From: Polyangiales bacterium
GTDB taxonomy: Bacteria; Myxococcota_A; Polyangia; Polyangiales; Ga0077539
DNA length: 64,000 nucleotides
Direction: 5' to 3'
Assembly: GCA_044229975.1 (NCBI GenBank)
Contig: JBGARZ010000001.1
Location: 640,001 to 704,000 of the forward strand
The notes beneath the pieces are model-generated. The model saw nothing but the letters and a program-made list of their open reading frames with translations, did not search any database and had not been told where the DNA came from. Shown piece by piece: positions 60,037 to 64,000 of the stretch. The position numbers and the translations under genes are program-made. Every line of letters starts with the position of its first letter. Position 1 is the first letter of the stretch.

Positions 60037-61460
60037 AGGTAGAGCCCCGGCACCTTCGAGCGCGACGGCGCGCGGGCGAGCGGGGACGTCCACCCGTGCG
60101 ACGGCGGGCCGTACAGCGCGCCCTCCGTCGACGGGAACCTCCGCGCGAAATCCGTGGGCGTGGTGATCACGCGCCGGGAGGAGTCCCAGTCCAGGCGCAG
60201 CCCCATGGAGTCCAAAGTTCGTCGGGTCGTGGTCTCGCATCGATCGATCTCCTCCGCGGAGAACGGGCGTCGGTCTCCGCGGGCGGGGGCGTTGACGATC
60301 AGGAACATCCGCTCCCTCCCGTCATCGGTGGCAGGAGCGAGGGCCGCGTCGTCGCGGTCCTGCGCGCAGAGGTAGACGGTCGGATCGGAGGGGAGCGTGT
60401 CCCCGTCGGTGAGGTCGCGAAACTCGCGGTGGTAGTCGCGGCTGAAGAAGACGTTGTGCCGCGCGAGGGGGAAGCCCTCGGCCTTTGCCACCACGCTGAA
60501 GGTTACCGCCGACAACGAGCGCTCGACCTTCGCGTCGACGGTCCACGCCTTCTTTGCGGCCGTCCCGAGGCGCCCGCTCGCCAACGCATGGACGTCTCCA
60601 TTGAACACCACCGCGTCGGCGTCGAGGGTCGTCCCGTCTTCGAGACGAACGCCCGTGGCGCGATCGCGCTCGATGAGCACCTCGTCGACGCCGCGGCCGA
60701 GCGAGAGGGTCACGCCGCGCTCGGTCGCGAGGCGGGCCATCGCTTCGGCGAGGCGGGCCATGCCACCACGAACGACCCAGACGCCTTCGCGCTCGACGTG
60801 GGCGATGACGTTGAGGGTTCCGGGGGCGAGGAAGGGCGACGAGCCGCAATAGGTCGCGTAGCGCCCGAAGAGCTGGAGCAAGCGCGGGTCGCGGAAGAAG
60901 TCACCGAGCGACGACCACATGGTCTTGAGCGCGTCGATGCGCGTGAGGGCGACCATCCCCCGCAGCCCCTGCTCTCGCAGAACGCTCCCGAGCGTCGGGC
61001 GCTGCGAGCGCATGAAGGGGCCCTCGACGTTTTCGTGGATGGCCTTCGAGTGCGCGCAAAACGCCCGGTACCCTTTGGCCTCCTTCGCCCCGGCGAAGAC
61101 CCCGATGGCGTCGGCGGTGCGGTCGATGTCGCGGTAGAGGTCGAGGCGCGACCCGTCGGGCCAGGCGTGGCGGGCGAGCACCTCCACCGGGTCGAGCGTC
61201 ACGTAGTCGGAGAGCGAGGCGCCCGCGCTGGCGAAGAGCTCCTCGAAGACGGCGCGCACCGTGAGCACCGTGGGGCCCGAGTCGATGAGCCGACCGGCGA
61301 CCTCGACCTCGCGCATCTTGCCGCCGACGTTCGGTGCCCGATCAACCACGGTCACCGCGACGCCGCGGCCCGCGAGGGCGATCGCTGCGCTGAGTCCCCC
61401 GACGCCGGCGCCGACGACGATCGCGCGGTGGGAGTGCCTGGTGGTTCCGTCTGCCATCAT
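59892..61460 (-). CDS. crtD: 1-hydroxycarotenoid 3,4-desaturase (phytoene desaturase family)
   Basis: GAGVGG, GGKMR, DSGPTVLT, QLFGRYATYCGSSPF, PTVYLCAQDR, GGSTHPGAGVPM; adjacent to crtC. Confidence 0.9.
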   Translation of the reverse strand: MMADGTTRHSHRAIVVGAGVGGLSAAIALAGRGVAVTVVDRAPNVGGKMREVEVAGRLIDSGPTVLTVRAVFEELFASAGASLSDYVTLDPVEVLARHAWPDGSRLDLYRDIDRTADAIGVFAGAKEAKGYRAFCAHSKAIHENVEGPFMRSQRPTLGSVLREQGLRGMVALTRIDALKTMWSSLGDFFRDPRLLQLFGRYATYCGSSPFLAPGTLNVIAHVEREGVWVVRGGMARLAEAMARLATERGVTLSLGRGVDEVLIERDRATGVRLEDGTTLDADAVVFNGDVHALASGRLGTAAKKAWTVDAKVERSLSAVTFSVVAKAEGFPLARHNVFFSRDYHREFRDLTDGDTLPSDPTVYLCAQDRDDAALAPATDDGRERMFLIVNAPARGDRRPFSAEEIDRCETTTRRTLDSMGLRLDWDSSRRVITTPTDFARRFPSTEGALYGPPSHGWTSPLARAPSRSKVPGLYLCGGSTHPGAGVPMVTRSGLLAAESVLSDLASTAPSPMAATRGGTSTR

Positions 61461-61503
61461 GCGGTGTGATGCCTCATGAGAGCGTTTGGGCGCACCAACA
61501 ACG

Positions 61504-63135
61504 TCACTGCCCCCTCGCGACCTCCCAGGTCAGCTTGTAGCGCGCGAGGTATTTCCGTAGGCGATCAGCGTCGTTGACCGAGGTCTTGCCGGTGCGCGAG
61601 ACCGCGAAGAGAGCGCGACCCGCGGCCGAGAGTGTCGGCGAGGCCCGACAGACGCGGATCACCTCCGCGAGCTGCGGGCGGTCGAAGCGGTCGAGCGACG
61701 CGGCGCCATCGTCCCCGAGCGCCGAGCGCAGGAGGTCGTCGTCGGCCGATGGTTCGGTGGGCGAACGACCGCCTGCGATGCGCCAGCGGGCGCGGAGGCG
61801 AGCGACCTCCTCGTCGACGCCATCGACGTCGATGCGGCCGCCGCGAGACAGCGTCGCGAGGCGCGTGACGGCGGCCGAGAAGTCGCGGAAGTTTCCGGTC
61901 CAGAGAGCGTCGGCAGAGGTGGCGAAGGCGACGAAGCGGGCGCGGGCCTCGCGGCTCATGGTGACGTTGACGCCCAACGCGCGGCCGCACTGGGCGAGCT
62001 CGAAGTCGAGGTTGGGGTCGATGTCCTCGGGACGATCACGCAGGCCGGGGAGCGCGAAGGTCCACAGCTCGATGCGCGCGAGCAGGTCTTCGCGGAAGCG
62101 GCCCTCGGCGACGCGGGCGACGAGGTCGCGGTGGGTTCCGGCGATGAGCTGGAAGTCGCTCTTCACCTCGCGGTCGCTGCCCATGGGGCGGAAGCTCTTC
62201 TCCTCGACCGCGCGCAGGAGCATCGCCTGCTCGTCGAGACCGAGCTCGGCGATCTCGTCGAGGAAGAGCACGCCGCCGTCGGCCTTGCGGAGGAGGCCCT
62301 CGCGCTCGGACGCCGCGCCGGTGAAGGCGCCCTTGGCGTGGCCGAAGAGCGTCGACATCGCGCCGTCGCCCCGCAGCGTCGCGCAGTTGACCTCGACAAA
62401 CTCCCCGGCGACCTGCCGCCTGGTCTTCTTGAGTGCGTAGATGCGGCCTGCGAGCTGGGACTTCCCGGCGCCCGTCGGGCCGGTGAGCAGCATCGGGGCG
62501 CGCGAGGCGACGGCCACGCGCTCGATGCGGTCGATGAGCGTGTTGAAGGCGGCGTTGCGGGTGTCGATGCCGGCCTTGAGGAGCCCGGTGCGGGCGCGGG
62601 CCTCGGCGGCGAAGCGCGACGCGAGGCGGTCGTAGCGGGAGAGGTCGAGGTCGATGGCGCGCCAGGTTCCGACGAGGCCGGCGTCGCGGGTGGCGCGGGT
62701 GGGGGGCGCGGTCTGGAGCAGGGTCGCCGGGAAGTGTCGCGACTCGGTGAGCAGGAAGAGAACGATCTGCGCGACGTGCGTGCCCGTCGTGATGTGAACG
62801 AGGTAATCCTCGCGCTCGGGGTCGAAGGGGTAGGCGCGCGCGAAGTCATGGAGGGCGGCGTAGACCTGTTCGAGGTCCCACGGGTCGGCGATGTCGAGGG
62901 GGACGAGGTTGACCGCCGTCTCGGGGGAGACGGAGCCGATGTCGCGGCGGATGGTCTTGGCGAGGTTGAGGTAGTGCGGCTGGTGCAGGAGCTCGAAGCG
63001 CGAGACCAGCAGGTCGGGGTGCTGACAGACGGCGACGGAGGGGCGCCAGCGCTCCCAGCGCTTGTCCTGGGCGCCCGAGTCGAGCATCGGGCCGATCAGA
63101 CCGAGGACCACGGTGGGCTTCTTCGTCTTCGCCAT
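61504..63135 (-). CDS. rtcR: RNA repair transcriptional activator (CARF-like + AAA+)
   Basis: RWERWRPSV, DPWD, HITTGTHVAQI, IDLDLSRYD, GPTGAGKS, GAFTGA, NDADRLRKYL. Confidence 0.96.
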   Translation of the reverse strand: MAKTKKPTVVLGLIGPMLDSGAQDKRWERWRPSVAVCQHPDLLVSRFELLHQPHYLNLAKTIRRDIGSVSPETAVNLVPLDIADPWDLEQVYAALHDFARAYPFDPEREDYLVHITTGTHVAQIVLFLLTESRHFPATLLQTAPPTRATRDAGLVGTWRAIDLDLSRYDRLASRFAAEARARTGLLKAGIDTRNAAFNTLIDRIERVAVASRAPMLLTGPTGAGKSQLAGRIYALKKTRRQVAGEFVEVNCATLRGDGAMSTLFGHAKGAFTGAASEREGLLRKADGGVLFLDEIAELGLDEQAMLLRAVEEKSFRPMGSDREVKSDFQLIAGTHRDLVARVAEGRFREDLLARIELWTFALPGLRDRPEDIDPNLDFELAQCGRALGVNVTMSREARARFVAFATSADALWTGNFRDFSAAVTRLATLSRGGRIDVDGVDEEVARLRARWRIAGGRSPTEPSADDDLLRSALGDDGAASLDRFDRPQLAEVIRVCRASPTLSAAGRALFAVSRTGKTSVNDADRLRKYLARYKLTWEVARGQ

Positions 63136-63218
63136 TGGGATAGGGCGGCTTGATACCATGGGATCAGACCGGGACGCTCGCGCGGCTCGATGGGCGGGAA
63201 GCATAGAGATTCGAGAGG

Positions 63219-63234
63219 TGGCACGAGGGCTGCG
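63219..63234 (+). promoter_or_regulatory. Sigma-54 promoter of rtcB
   Basis: TGGCACGAGGGCTGCG (GG-N10-GC), then AGGAGG RBS. Confidence 0.85.
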
Positions 63235-63263
63235 ATGGGGGTTGCCCAGGAGGCACACGAGCC

Positions 63264-64000
<737 letters not shown>

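Overview
Very GC-rich bacterial DNA. The gene content (eukaryotic-type Ser/Thr kinases, RCC1, FG-GAP and delta-60 lipoproteins, Cys-rich lipoproteins, sigma-54 systems, Uma2 nucleases) points to Myxococcota, Polyangiales-like (inference). Layout: (1) 1-5.7 kb, minus-strand cluster running off the left edge: RCC1 lipoprotein; a NodB-deacetylase/GT2/cysteine-less radical-SAM triple fusion; GT2; radical SAM-SPASM; and a second radical SAM. (2) 5.8-14 kb, kinase, HU, SirB1-like, pncB. (3) About 15-27.7 kb, an accessory island with orphan immunity-like genes (SMI1/KNR4, SUKH-3-like, HEAT-like), several pseudogenes, five co-oriented copies of a dispersed 45-85 bp hairpin repeat between genes, and a 43-bp-unit palindromic element downstream of an all-helical protein. 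(4) 29.3-35.5 kb, a probable iron-uptake locus: sterol-desaturase/imelysin fusion, FecA-like TonB-dependent receptor and delta-60 lipoprotein, with a shared TTGTG-N11-CACAA operator. (5) 35.6-57.7 kb, mostly ordinary genes: amidase, DUF3516 helicase, AraC, M18 peptidase, polysaccharide-export-type beta-barrel, NtrC-family regulator. (6) crtD-crtC-glycosyltransferase, then the divergent rtcR/rtcB RNA-repair locus running off the right edge. No rRNA, tRNA, CRISPR array, integrase or transposase was recognised. All family calls are from motif recognition by eye; no database search was run.
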